Source of the DNA: a virus
Taxonomy: Duplodnaviria; Caudoviricetes
IMG/VR virus record: IMGVR_UViG_3300012936_002638
Coordinates: 1-55,980 of that record
Length of the DNA stretch: 55,980 nucleotides
Reading direction: 5' to 3' (one strand)
The position numbers and the translations under genes were made by a program. Within the stretch, counting starts at the first letter, position 1. The number at the start of each line of letters is the position of its first letter. The notes beneath the pieces were generated by a model. It was not told where the DNA came from. It did no database searches and saw nothing but the letters and a program-made list of their open reading frames with translations. Of the stretch, positions 18,992 to 28,240 are shown piece after piece.

Positions 18992-19468
18992 ATGAGACTA
19001 TTAATCATCGCCGTTGCATTTTTTTTGTTAATTGTAAGACCTAGTGGAGGTGGTGCAGATCTTATACATCACTTCAAGTCACCTGCCTTTAATGGTCAAG
19101 GTTATAGTGCTCACATGCTAAGTTTAGAGCAACTTACCTATAACAGAAAAAAAGACATGGAAGACGAAGCACAACGTGAAGCAGATCGTATAGAACGTGA
19201 ACTTGAAAACACAGTGCTAAACAAGTTTATACGTAACTTAGAATCACGTATATATGCAACACTTTCTAAGCAGTTGGTTGATAACATGTTTGCGGCCTGT
19301 GGAGAAGAAGATCAACCTGCATGTGCAAATACAGGTAGCACCGAAGTTGAAGGTGCAACTATAACATGGAGCAAAGACGAAACTACTGGCGACATTACAT
19401 TAGTAGTAGATGGTCCTGATGGTTATACTGAAATAACTATCCCAGGTGCTGGAGAGTTTACATTTTGA
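18992..19468 (+). CDS. csgF: Curli assembly protein CsgF-like
   Basis: Signal peptide, LIHHFKSPAFNG, FIRNLESRIYATLSKQL, TEITIP; adjacent to csgG. Confidence 0.78.
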   Translation: MRLLIIAVAFFLLIVRPSGGGADLIHHFKSPAFNGQGYSAHMLSLEQLTYNRKKDMEDEAQREADRIERELENTVLNKFIRNLESRIYATLSKQLVDNMFAACGEEDQPACANTGSTEVEGATITWSKDETTGDITLVVDGPDGYTEITIPGAGEFTF

Positions 19469-20268
19469 AACATCTAGTATTGATAGCGTTTATATTCCTT
19501 ACTAGTTGTGCTCAAAAAGGACAAGTGCCTACAAGTTTGCAAAGGGAACCAACACTACAGCCTAATCCTATGGTGTTAGAACTAAATGAACTACAACCAT
19601 TAGATGGTCCTGTAATGACTGTAGGCGTATATGAGTTTTCTGATAAAACAGGGCAACGTAAACCAGCAGACAATATTGCAAATCTAAGTAGTGCAGTTAC
19701 ACAAGGTGCAGAAGCATGGGTAATAGATGCATTATTGCAAGCGGGCAACGGAACATGGTTTGAAGTTGTAGAACGTGTTGGTATGGATCATGTAATAAAA
19801 GAACGTCAACTAATACGTAACACTAGAGATAACTATGAAAAAGAAAATGCTACACCTTTAAAACCTATGAAGTTTGCAGGACTATTAGTAGAAGGTGGTA
19901 TTGTAGGATATGACAGTAACATAGAAACTGGCGGTAATGGTGCTATGTATTTAGGTATAGGCACAGCAGTTGAATATAGAGTAGACACTGTAACGGTTGC
20001 TATGCGCCTTGTAAGCGTTAGTACAGGGCGTGTACTTATAAGTGTAGCAACAGAAAAAACTATTGCAAGTTACAGACAAGGTGCAAACGCATTTAAGTTT
20101 TTTGATTTAGGCACAGAGGCACTAGAAATAGAAACTGGTTACAGTGTTAATGAGCCTACAAACTACGCTGTTAGACAAGCAATAGAATCAGCTGTGATAG
20201 AAGTTATCATTCAAGGTGAAAAACAAGGGCTTTGGAAGTTTAAGAAAGACAAAACTTCTTCATCTTAG
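19465..20268 (+). CDS. csgG: Curli secretion channel CsgG/HfaB-family lipoprotein
   Basis: Lipobox LTSC, VYEFSDKTGQRKP, SSAVTQGA, WFEVVER, EGGIVGYDSNIETGG, NEP. Confidence 0.9.
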   Translation: MKHLVLIAFIFLTSCAQKGQVPTSLQREPTLQPNPMVLELNELQPLDGPVMTVGVYEFSDKTGQRKPADNIANLSSAVTQGAEAWVIDALLQAGNGTWFEVVERVGMDHVIKERQLIRNTRDNYEKENATPLKPMKFAGLLVEGGIVGYDSNIETGGNGAMYLGIGTAVEYRVDTVTVAMRLVSVSTGRVLISVATEKTIASYRQGANAFKFFDLGTEALEIETGYSVNEPTNYAVRQAIESAVIEVIIQGEKQGLWKFKKDKTSSS

Positions 20269-20527
20269 CCAATAACGTTTCTCTTTTAATACCAAGTTTT
20301 TTAGCGGCATGTGTACGATTGTTGTTACACTCTTTTAATGCTTCTACAACCTTATCTAAAATATAATCGTCAATATCTTGTTGAAGGCAATAGTCTTCTT
20401 CTTGTTGCTTTTCATCTTCTGATGTTGGCGGCCATATATCATTAAAAACTTCCCAAAAATATTGTTGCTCTTTATAGTTCTTTTCTGCTTGTGCTAATGC
20501 ATTCATTACTATTTTTCTTTCCATCAT
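20240..20527 (-). CDS. Stand-alone Fis-type (HTH_8) DNA-binding protein
   Basis: VVEALKECNNNRTHAAKKLGIKRETLLAKMKK. Confidence 0.8.
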   Translation of the reverse strand: MMERKIVMNALAQAEKNYKEQQYFWEVFNDIWPPTSEDEKQQEEDYCLQQDIDDYILDKVVEALKECNNNRTHAAKKLGIKRETLLAKMKKFCLS

Positions 20528-20543
20528 TATATACGCCTATAAA

Positions 20544-20603
20544 TGTAAAAATATTTACACTAAATATTTATGTATTTATAAAAATGAGCGGTTGATATAA
20601 ATA
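20544..20603. promoter_or_regulatory. Divergent late promoters plus palindromic operator
   Basis: TGTAAA-N4-TTTACA at 20544-59; reverse TATAAATA at 20573-80; forward TATAAATA at 20596-603. Confidence 0.55.
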
Positions 20604-20634
20604 CTACTGGCTATTAGGCCGAAAGGTTAAAAAC

Positions 20635-21372
20635 ATGAGGGCAATAATATGGGCTTCACTCCTTGCATTGGTTCTCGGCACGTCTACTAGTGCAAACGAG
20701 ATTTACATTGAACAAATTGGTGATACTTTAGATCTAGACATAACTCAAGATGGCGAGAACAACCAGTTTGGTGATAGTACTACTGATGTAACATTGGATG
20801 GTGATAGCATGACATTTGATATTACACAAACAGGTAACAGCAACGATATCGCGGCTGTTATTAAAGGTAACACGTATACAGGTACATGGGAGTTTACTGG
20901 AAATAATAACACAGTAGATTTACTCTGTGATAGTACAAGTGGTACAAACTGTGAAAATGTAACCCTTAATATTACAACAACAGGTAATACAAACAAGTTT
21001 AACCTTAAAGTAGGACAAACAGACGATGCTGACAGTGCAGAAATAGATTTTGTAATTGACGGCGATGGTAACGTCTTAATAAGTGAAATCGACGGCTCAT
21101 CAGCAATACTTGATATTACAGTAGACAACAGTAATAGTAACAGTACTGCACAGTTTACAGATTCAGATACAAACTTACAAACAGGACAAGGTGGTGTCTT
21201 AGTTGTTACAGACCAAGATGGTGATGGCGACTCAGCAGGACACACTATAAAACTTGACGTTACCGGTGGCGGAAGCCGCTATGATATAAAGCAAAGTGGA
21301 GTCAACGATAATTTGTTTGACGGCACTTTCCAAGGTGACGGGCATGAAGTGGATATTATACAGTCTGATTAG
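20635..21372 (+). CDS. Secreted curlin-repeat-like (CsgA/CsgB-like) protein
   Basis: Signal peptide, then repeated Q-x-G-x-x-N beta-solenoid units (QIGD..ITQDGENN, QTGNSN, TGNNN, DGDGN, QSGVN). Confidence 0.7.
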   Translation: MRAIIWASLLALVLGTSTSANEIYIEQIGDTLDLDITQDGENNQFGDSTTDVTLDGDSMTFDITQTGNSNDIAAVIKGNTYTGTWEFTGNNNTVDLLCDSTSGTNCENVTLNITTTGNTNKFNLKVGQTDDADSAEIDFVIDGDGNVLISEIDGSSAILDITVDNSNSNSTAQFTDSDTNLQTGQGGVLVVTDQDGDGDSAGHTIKLDVTGGGSRYDIKQSGVNDNLFDGTFQGDGHEVDIIQSD

Positions 21373-22453
21373 TATAGTACTGGCTACACCAGCATATAGC
21401 AACATTGGAATAATCGCAGAACACAAAGGTTCCAGCACGATTGAACGTAAGGATGACAAGTACACTGGAGAAACAGGACTTGGACTAGAAATGCGTGACA
21501 GGATAATAACTGGCAAAGGTTCACTACGTATGGATTTTGTAGATGATACTAGAGTAGATGTTACTGAACACAGTCGTATGACTATAGATGAGTTTATATA
21601 CAATCCTACTACACGTACTGGTGCATTATCAATGAAAGCTACATTAGGTGCTGTGCGTTATGCTAGTGGTCAAATAGCTAAGAATAGCAGACAACGTGTA
21701 AACATTAGGACACCTAGTGCTACTATTAATGTGCGTGGAACAGACTTTATAATGGTTGTAGATGAAATAGGTGGTAGTATGATTACATTACTACCTAGTT
21801 GCGATTCATCAGGATTGTGTGTTGTTGGCGAAATAGAAGTTGAATCTGATGTAGGCAGAGTAATAATAAATCAAGCATTTCAAACTACAGTAGTAGGACA
21901 TCATGGACAAGTACCTGGACCAACTGTTGTATTAGATTTACCCGAAAACATGCTTACTGCTATGCTGATTATACGTAAAGTTTCCCCATACACAGAAGAA
22001 ATACTTAAAACATATCCTGATACAAATCTTTTAGACATTGACTTTTTGAAGTTTGATGAACTAGATAGAGACCCATTAGTAGATGGTATAAAAAGTATTT
22101 GGGTTACTGATTTAGATAACATGACTTACTTAGATCCAGTATGGATAGATGAAATGGAGCGTCAGTTGGCTGCCATATTAGCACAATGGTTTGACGAGCT
22201 TTCTCAACAAAACGTAGAATTTTTTGATGAAAAGTTTTTAGGTTTAGATCCAGAAACAGGAATATTTTATGATGAAGAGTATCCATCATTTATTGTGAGT
22301 AGGCGTGAGGGTGTACAACATTATTTTAGATTAAAATTATCACAAGGATATGGATACATGATTGATATGGAACAGGAGGGCTTTTATGCGTACGGCTACC
22401 GTGTTGGCGTTGGCGGCGGTAATAGTATTACTATCATGCAACGTGGCTTCTAG
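21344..22453 (+). CDS. Secreted FecR-domain protein
   Basis: Signal peptide; DRIITG, FVDDTRV, IDEFIYNP, GAVRYASG, IRTPSATINVRGTDF. Confidence 0.82.
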   Translation: MKWILYSLISIVLATPAYSNIGIIAEHKGSSTIERKDDKYTGETGLGLEMRDRIITGKGSLRMDFVDDTRVDVTEHSRMTIDEFIYNPTTRTGALSMKATLGAVRYASGQIAKNSRQRVNIRTPSATINVRGTDFIMVVDEIGGSMITLLPSCDSSGLCVVGEIEVESDVGRVIINQAFQTTVVGHHGQVPGPTVVLDLPENMLTAMLIIRKVSPYTEEILKTYPDTNLLDIDFLKFDELDRDPLVDGIKSIWVTDLDNMTYLDPVWIDEMERQLAAILAQWFDELSQQNVEFFDEKFLGLDPETGIFYDEEYPSFIVSRREGVQHYFRLKLSQGYGYMIDMEQEGFYAYGYRVGVGGGNSITIMQRGF

Positions 22454-23414
22454 TAATGAAATTTATATAAATCAAGTTGGCGATAATAGTGACTACACTA
22501 TAACGCAAGATGGAGAGGACAATAAGATTCACAGTTTAAACACTGTTAGTGGTAGTGCAAGCCTTGGTGGCAACAACAAAACATTTACACTCGAACAAAC
22601 AGGTAATAACAACCGTGCAGGATTTTGGACACACGGTGGCAATCAAGTTATTAGCTTGATACAGGACGGAGATAACAATGTTAGTGCTATGGATAATCAT
22701 GGCAACAACAACGACATGAGTGTAGACATTGAAGGTGATGGAAACGTTACGCATACCGAAATAGGCAATGGTGGCGATGAATTTAATGAGATTGATGTAA
22801 TAATCGATGGCGATGATAACAACGTATATGCAGAAGTATTAGATGGCGATAGCAATGAGTTTGATATACAAATACATAACCAAGATGATAATTTAGTAAG
22901 AGTAATTGTTTCAGGCGATGATAACAAAGTTACAGCATGGCAAGGTAAACACGAAAACGGAACTGTGGATTTAAGTGAAATAGGTGACAATGAAGTGTAT
23001 TGGATTGTACAGGGTAATAATAATGAACTAGAAAGTTACCAGACTGATGATAATAATCAAGGTGGCTTACACATAGCAAACTATATAACCGGTGATGACA
23101 ACACAGTAAAACACACACAGCGTGGTGGCGGTGAACATGATGGCTTTATCGAAATAGGTGGCGATGGCAATGATGTTACACTTACACAACGTGGCAATAC
23201 TGATACACAGTTTGCTGATATAGTATTAGATGATGGACATACCGTAGATGTATTTCAACGCTATGGATCACACACAGCAAATGTTGATTTAACTAATGGC
23301 GGTGGTGGCTACACATTAGATTTAGATCAGATAGGCACTGCAAACAAAACCTATAACTTAACTGGCATCTGCACAAATAACGCAGGCTGTGCAGTTAGTG
23401 TCACACAAAATTAA
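22386..23414 (+). CDS. Second, longer curlin-repeat-like secreted protein
   Basis: CAGGAGG SD; signal peptide; NEIYINQVGD..ITQDGEDN then many approximately 11-residue G-x-x-N units. Confidence 0.7.
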   Translation: MRTATVLALAAVIVLLSCNVASSNEIYINQVGDNSDYTITQDGEDNKIHSLNTVSGSASLGGNNKTFTLEQTGNNNRAGFWTHGGNQVISLIQDGDNNVSAMDNHGNNNDMSVDIEGDGNVTHTEIGNGGDEFNEIDVIIDGDDNNVYAEVLDGDSNEFDIQIHNQDDNLVRVIVSGDDNKVTAWQGKHENGTVDLSEIGDNEVYWIVQGNNNELESYQTDDNNQGGLHIANYITGDDNTVKHTQRGGGEHDGFIEIGGDGNDVTLTQRGNTDTQFADIVLDDGHTVDVFQRYGSHTANVDLTNGGGGYTLDLDQIGTANKTYNLTGICTNNAGCAVSVTQN

Positions 23415-23462
23415 TCATAAATATTTGTAAGCAGAGGGCAACTGCTGGAAAAGTGAGGAATA

Positions 23463-23945
23463 ATGATAGATCCAGTAACCGCTATAGGTATGGCATCAGC
23501 CGCCTACAATGGGCTTAAGAGAGCAATAAACACAGGTAAAGAACTGCATGACATGGGGAGTCAACTATCAAAGTGGGCAGGAGCTATTTCAGATTTAGAC
23601 TTTGCACACAAACAATCTGAAAATCCTCCTATGTTCAAAAAAATATTTGGTGCATCCAATATCGAACAGAATGCACTAGAAGTATGGGGCCATAAACAAA
23701 AAGCTAAAGAAATGAGAGAAGATTTACGATCTCATATTAGTTTATTTTATGGACCGTCAGCATGGGATGAAATAGTTCGAATCGAAGCAGAGATGCGTAA
23801 AAAACGTAGAGAAGAGGCGTATGCCGCTGAAGAACGTAAACAGCTTATACTCGAATGGATAGTAGGAATAACTACATTTGCAGTATGTGGTGGCATTGTA
23901 GTAGGCATAATATACTTGATTGGTCTTGGCCAAGGCCGATGGTGA
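23463..23945 (+). CDS. Hypothetical protein with C-terminal TM helix
   Basis: MIDPVTAI start, coiled coil, C-terminal hydrophobic helix; CATAAATA at 23416. Confidence 0.65.
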   Translation: MIDPVTAIGMASAAYNGLKRAINTGKELHDMGSQLSKWAGAISDLDFAHKQSENPPMFKKIFGASNIEQNALEVWGHKQKAKEMREDLRSHISLFYGPSAWDEIVRIEAEMRKKRREEAYAAEERKQLILEWIVGITTFAVCGGIVVGIIYLIGLGQGRW

Positions 23946-23971
23946 TAAATTAAAGAGTAAATAAATATCAT

Positions 23972-24355
23972 ATGTTCAAATGGTTGTTTAAATCGCTATT
24001 AGAAGAACACGTGAACGAACTAGTAGATAAACGTTTTAAGGAGCGTGTATATGAAAGGTACTGGGAACAGCGACAATCCCAGATGGAAGAAAGGATCCGA
24101 CGAGTCAAAGAATCCCTTGGTACATCGTCACATGGGGTGGACGCAAAAAAGGCGCAACGAATACAAAAGCCCAGTAGTATACTGGAGGTATCCGGATCAA
24201 AAGAATCCGGGATACAATCGAAGGCTACTAAAGTAAATCAAGAAACATGGTTTGAAGATACATTAGAAGATGTAGCAAAAGCTAGGGAAATACAGGCTAA
24301 GCGTAAAGAAATGGACTCACTCAGATCTAAACTAACAGGAGGAAAGAAAAAATAA
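23972..24355 (+). CDS. Hypothetical protein
   Basis: 127-aa ORF with TAAATA 4 nt before the ATG. Confidence 0.55.
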   Translation: MFKWLFKSLLEEHVNELVDKRFKERVYERYWEQRQSQMEERIRRVKESLGTSSHGVDAKKAQRIQKPSSILEVSGSKESGIQSKATKVNQETWFEDTLEDVAKAREIQAKRKEMDSLRSKLTGGKKK

Positions 24356-24537
24356 TGTGGGCATTAATATGGTTAGCACTTACATCTTCTCAAAATATGG
24401 AAACATATCATTTAGGAAATTTTGAAGATAAAGAAACATGTGTCTCTGCTATGAGTACAGCCAGTGTACTTGTTACAGATAAAAATCAAACAGTAGATTG
24501 TATCTACCTTAACGTCAATAAACGTTTCACAAAATGA
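24355..24537 (+). CDS. Small hypothetical secreted protein
   Basis: Hydrophobic N-terminus; F-x4-C...C pattern like the 5943 ORF. Confidence 0.55.
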   Translation: MWALIWLALTSSQNMETYHLGNFEDKETCVSAMSTASVLVTDKNQTVDCIYLNVNKRFTK

Positions 24538-26579
24538 AAAAGTTAGCATTCTCACCTATATGGAGTATCATACTTTTAGGCTGTCTTGCTTGGGTAATGC
24601 ATATCAACCCAACATTTGTAGAAAGTCTAAAACTGCGATATTTTGATACGCTGATTATAAATCAACAACCAGTTGATAATAACATTTTTACAGTAAACAT
24701 TGATGAACCAAGTTTAGAGGAATACGGGCAATGGCCTTGGCCGAGAGGTGATTACGGTAGCCTTATAGAGGATTTATATGCCAGAGGCGCTGGACTAGTT
24801 GTGTTTAATGTACTAATGAGTGAAACAGATCGTCAAGGCGAAGATGATATGCTCGCCTTGACAATGTCTAACTTTCCAGTTATAATAACTATGTTAGGTG
24901 CAGAGGAGAATAAGAATGAACCAATTAATCCAGGTGCTACTATCGTTAACAGCGATTACATGTATCTTATACCTAGTGTTCCGGGTATTATTGCAAACGT
25001 TCCGGATATCGAAAATAACGCCGTTGGATCAGGCATCACAAACAGCTGGCCAGAAGTCGACGGAGTTACTAGACGCATACCGTTGGTGGTAGAAAGCGGC
25101 GGTACATTATATCCAAATGTTACTATGGAGGTTCTGCGTGTAATAGCAGGCGATCCTAGCTTTCAAATAAAACTATCACCACTAGGTGTTGATAAGTTAC
25201 GTATTCCGCAGTTTGGTTTTATCAATACATCACCAACTGGAGAAATATGGATTGATTGGAGTCAACAATACAAAAGTTACAGTGCAGTAGACTTGCCAGA
25301 TGATTTTGCAGGTGGTATTGTTTTTGTTGGACCAACTGCCGCAGGTGTTACACAACCTTTAGCTACTGCCGCAGGTTCTGTATTTCCGCATGAAATCCAA
25401 GCTACTATGCTAGGAACAGTGTTTAATGAATCAAACATTGCTAGGCAACCTGATGCAGAGCAATGGGCAGAGTTAGCCGCTTTTGTTGTGGCTGGTATTT
25501 TACTAATTTTAATCGCTCGATGGCCGTATGTAGGCATAGCCTTTTTTGTGGGAACTGTAGGCGGCAGTGTATATATTAGTTACTATATATTCGAACAGTA
25601 TGGATTGCTCGTGGACGGGTTGATACCAGCAACATTTCTAACTCTAGTAGGTCTGAGTCGCTATGTAATAAAGTTTGTAGACGAGTTTTTGCAAAAGCAA
25701 GAAATAAAGAAACAGTTTGCAGGCTATGCTTCACCAACAGTAGTAAGACTATTGCAGGAAAATCCTGCACTGGTTAAAGATGGTATGAAGAAGGACATCA
25801 GCATAGTGTTCTCAGATTTACGTGGCTTTACACCATTAGGTGAAAGTTTTGGTGATGACGTTAAAGGACTTACTCGCATTATGAATGGATACATGGATAG
25901 CATTACACAGCCAGTGCTTGACATGGACGGAATGATAATAAAATACATAGGCGATGCTAGTATGCACATACACAATGCACCTATAGATGATCCTGAACAT
26001 GCTCACTCAGCTGTACATTGTGGCTTAGAAATGCTTAGAGCTGTAGAAACATTTAATGAAAAAGTTATTATTCCAGAAGGTAGACCTCCTGTTGGAATGG
26101 GTGCAGGCATCAATACAGGACTTGGCTATCTAGGTGAAATGGGTAGTACAAAAAGACACAGTTATGATGTACTTGGTGATGCTGTAAGTACAGCGGCTCG
26201 TATAGAAAGTAAATGTAAAGAATATGGTTGTTTGTTATTAGTGGGAGAATCTACATATGAAAAAACTAAGGATGATTTCTTTTATTTAAAAGTAGATGAT
26301 TTACAAGTAAAAGGAAAAAGTGTAGGACTAAGCATATATACAGTTTTAGATAACACAACTCCTGCATGGAAAGTTCCACAACGTAAGCACGATTCAATGC
26401 ATGCCGCATATAAAGCACAAGACTTTGACGAAGCAATAAGTTTGTGTGAAACTATATATACAAGTTTTGATCATAAAATGGAAAAATATTATGACATGTG
26501 GATAGAGCGTTGTCAATATATGAAAACACAAGATTTACCCCAAGACTGGAATGGAGTATTCATCGCAACGAGTAAATAA
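24534..26579 (+). CDS. CHASE2-domain class III adenylate/guanylate cyclase
   Basis: VNIDEPSL..GQWPWPR, DGVTRRIPL (CHASE2), 3 TM, VFSDLRGFT, IKYIGDA, GINTG, YDVLGDAVSTAARIES, QVKGK. Confidence 0.92.
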   Translation: MKKLAFSPIWSIILLGCLAWVMHINPTFVESLKLRYFDTLIINQQPVDNNIFTVNIDEPSLEEYGQWPWPRGDYGSLIEDLYARGAGLVVFNVLMSETDRQGEDDMLALTMSNFPVIITMLGAEENKNEPINPGATIVNSDYMYLIPSVPGIIANVPDIENNAVGSGITNSWPEVDGVTRRIPLVVESGGTLYPNVTMEVLRVIAGDPSFQIKLSPLGVDKLRIPQFGFINTSPTGEIWIDWSQQYKSYSAVDLPDDFAGGIVFVGPTAAGVTQPLATAAGSVFPHEIQATMLGTVFNESNIARQPDAEQWAELAAFVVAGILLILIARWPYVGIAFFVGTVGGSVYISYYIFEQYGLLVDGLIPATFLTLVGLSRYVIKFVDEFLQKQEIKKQFAGYASPTVVRLLQENPALVKDGMKKDISIVFSDLRGFTPLGESFGDDVKGLTRIMNGYMDSITQPVLDMDGMIIKYIGDASMHIHNAPIDDPEHAHSAVHCGLEMLRAVETFNEKVIIPEGRPPVGMGAGINTGLGYLGEMGSTKRHSYDVLGDAVSTAARIESKCKEYGCLLLVGESTYEKTKDDFFYLKVDDLQVKGKSVGLSIYTVLDNTTPAWKVPQRKHDSMHAAYKAQDFDEAISLCETIYTSFDHKMEKYYDMWIERCQYMKTQDLPQDWNGVFIATSK

Positions 26580-26582
26580 TTT

Positions 26583-27245
26583 ATGCAACCAATAAAAGAA
26601 TATTTTGCCAACTGGTTTGGCTTATATGCGACAGAACAAATACGTACAACGGATGATGATCTAAACGTTATATGGATACATGGTGCAAATCAAACAAGTT
26701 TAAGTTTTGAATACTTGCGTGAAAAAACAGATTTTACAAATGAAATATTAGTTAACTACAGTAGCACAGATAAATTTGATTACAACTTAGATAAAATATC
26801 AGAACAAATAAAAGATAAAGGTCCACATTTTATAATAGGACACAGCATGGGCGGCTTGTATGCTTTACATCTTACTCAACGTCATAGGATACTAGGAGGT
26901 GTAAGTATAAGCACACCATTTGCTGGTAGTTGGACAGCTGATTGGGCAAAATATATAGTGCCTAGCTATCCATTGTTTAAAGATGTAGGACGTAGAAGCA
27001 TACCTATAAGAACTTGTATGAATATTGAACTAACTATACCATGGACACAAATTATTACCACACATGGCATGGTTCCATATCATGGTGGACCTAATGACGG
27101 TGTTGTTACTATTGAAAGTATGCGAGCTCGTAATGATATGACGCAAATAGAAGTACCACACACTCACTATGAAACAATGGTGTCTAGTCGTGTTGCTGAG
27201 ATTTTGCAGTCTTGTTATGCTCGTGCTTCAACAACAACGCATTAA
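26583..27245 (+). CDS. Alpha/beta hydrolase
   Basis: WIHG, nucleophile elbow GHSMGG, TPFAGS, NDGVV, HTH. Confidence 0.82.
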   Translation: MQPIKEYFANWFGLYATEQIRTTDDDLNVIWIHGANQTSLSFEYLREKTDFTNEILVNYSSTDKFDYNLDKISEQIKDKGPHFIIGHSMGGLYALHLTQRHRILGGVSISTPFAGSWTADWAKYIVPSYPLFKDVGRRSIPIRTCMNIELTIPWTQIITTHGMVPYHGGPNDGVVTIESMRARNDMTQIEVPHTHYETMVSSRVAEILQSCYARASTTTH

Positions 27246-27423
27246 CTTCGTCTGTCTTTATAAGCCACCCGGCTTTGTTAACTACAAAAACATCTCCTGG
27301 TTTATATAAATGATTACCTTTGTATTTGCCGTCTTCCTGTAAGCCCATGATTTCTCCTGGCCAGTCGCCTCTTATAGTAAAATTTTCACCTGCCTGATCG
27401 ATAGTATAATCTACCCACATCAT
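27184..27423 (-). CDS. Hypothetical protein
   Basis: 79-aa ORF coupled to the upstream minus-strand gene. Confidence 0.55.
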   Translation of the reverse strand: MMWVDYTIDQAGENFTIRGDWPGEIMGLQEDGKYKGNHLYKPGDVFVVNKAGWLIKTDEVNALLLKHEHNKTAKSQQHD

Positions 27424-27692
27424 ATTGGTTCTCCTAATGGATAAGTGTTTGAATATTTTAAAGCAAAGAGTGTATGATCTTTGCTATCCTCAATATCTAC
27501 ATAGATATCACAACGACAATAAACATCACCAGGCAATGCTTGACTATTGCTTCTTAAATATACTAGTTCAAAGCCAGGCATGTTACATTGCTTAAACATC
27601 TCATCACCTACTTCTCTACGTACCCATAGATGTTCCATGTCAGTATTTGCGTGTGACCATTTGTATTCGCAGTTACCTATATAATATCGCAT
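27420..27692 (-). CDS. Hypothetical protein
   Basis: 90-aa ORF with CATAAATA 5 nt upstream on the minus strand. Confidence 0.6.
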   Translation of the reverse strand: MRYYIGNCEYKWSHANTDMEHLWVRREVGDEMFKQCNMPGFELVYLRSNSQALPGDVYCRCDIYVDIEDSKDHTLFALKYSNTYPLGEPI

Positions 27693-27719
27693 ACATCTAT
27701 TTATGATAAAGTGCGTATT

Positions 27720-28043
27720 TTATTTTTTCTTTTTTCCGGTAGTATCAAACTTGTCTTGCGAATGTTTATACTCGTCAACAAGTCTTTGCAGTTCGTCTTG
27801 CCTTTGTGGATTAAGTTTAGCTCTGTATTCTAAAACCATGCTTAACTTACTATTAAGTCTAATCATATCGTTGTCTAGCATACGAACACGATCAACTAAC
27901 TTTATAAGAGTACCCATTGTTTCACCTATAACAGGATCTATAACTTCTGTTACCCATTTCCATATAAAATATATGAAATAGCCCATTCCAATAGCGGCCA
28001 TAATAGGAAATCCATATTCACTGATAATAGCGGCTATGTTCAT
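27720..28043 (-). CDS. Small membrane protein with GFPI motif and coiled coil
   Basis: MNIAAIISEYGFPIMAAIGMGYFIYFIWKW; paralog of 28221-28499. Confidence 0.65.
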   Translation of the reverse strand: MNIAAIISEYGFPIMAAIGMGYFIYFIWKWVTEVIDPVIGETMGTLIKLVDRVRMLDNDMIRLNSKLSMVLEYRAKLNPQRQDELQRLVDEYKHSQDKFDTTGKKKK

Positions 28044-28240
28044 GGACCACCAAACATCTGTATTAGAGGTGGACCAAATACTGCTCCAGCCCAGCCCATT
28101 GCAACAATAGCTATGACTCCCATTACTAACCATTTCATTTTGAAATCGTCAACGTTCATTTCTATTGCTATAAGCTCATTACCAAGTATCCTTACAGATA
28201 CTTCTAGTTTTCCTTTATCGTCAGTCACGTCTGGCATCAT
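28040..28240 (-). CDS. Small membrane protein
   Basis: AAGGA SD; GKLEVSVRILGNELIA followed by a TM helix. Confidence 0.55.
   Translation of the reverse strand: MMPDVTDDKGKLEVSVRILGNELIAIEMNVDDFKMKWLVMGVIAIVAMGWAGAVFGPPLIQMFGGP

Noticed and set aside
20745-21245. 166-aa minus-strand ORF and similar antisense ORFs (6611-6925, 13409-13873, 22697-22990)
   Set aside because: These are in-register antisense frames of well-supported genes, with Ser/Leu/Pro-rich composition and no motifs.
24188-24215. Inverted repeat GTATCCGGAT...ATCCGGGATAC
   Set aside because: It lies within a CDS, has no U-tract and no second copy; insufficient support for a regulatory role.
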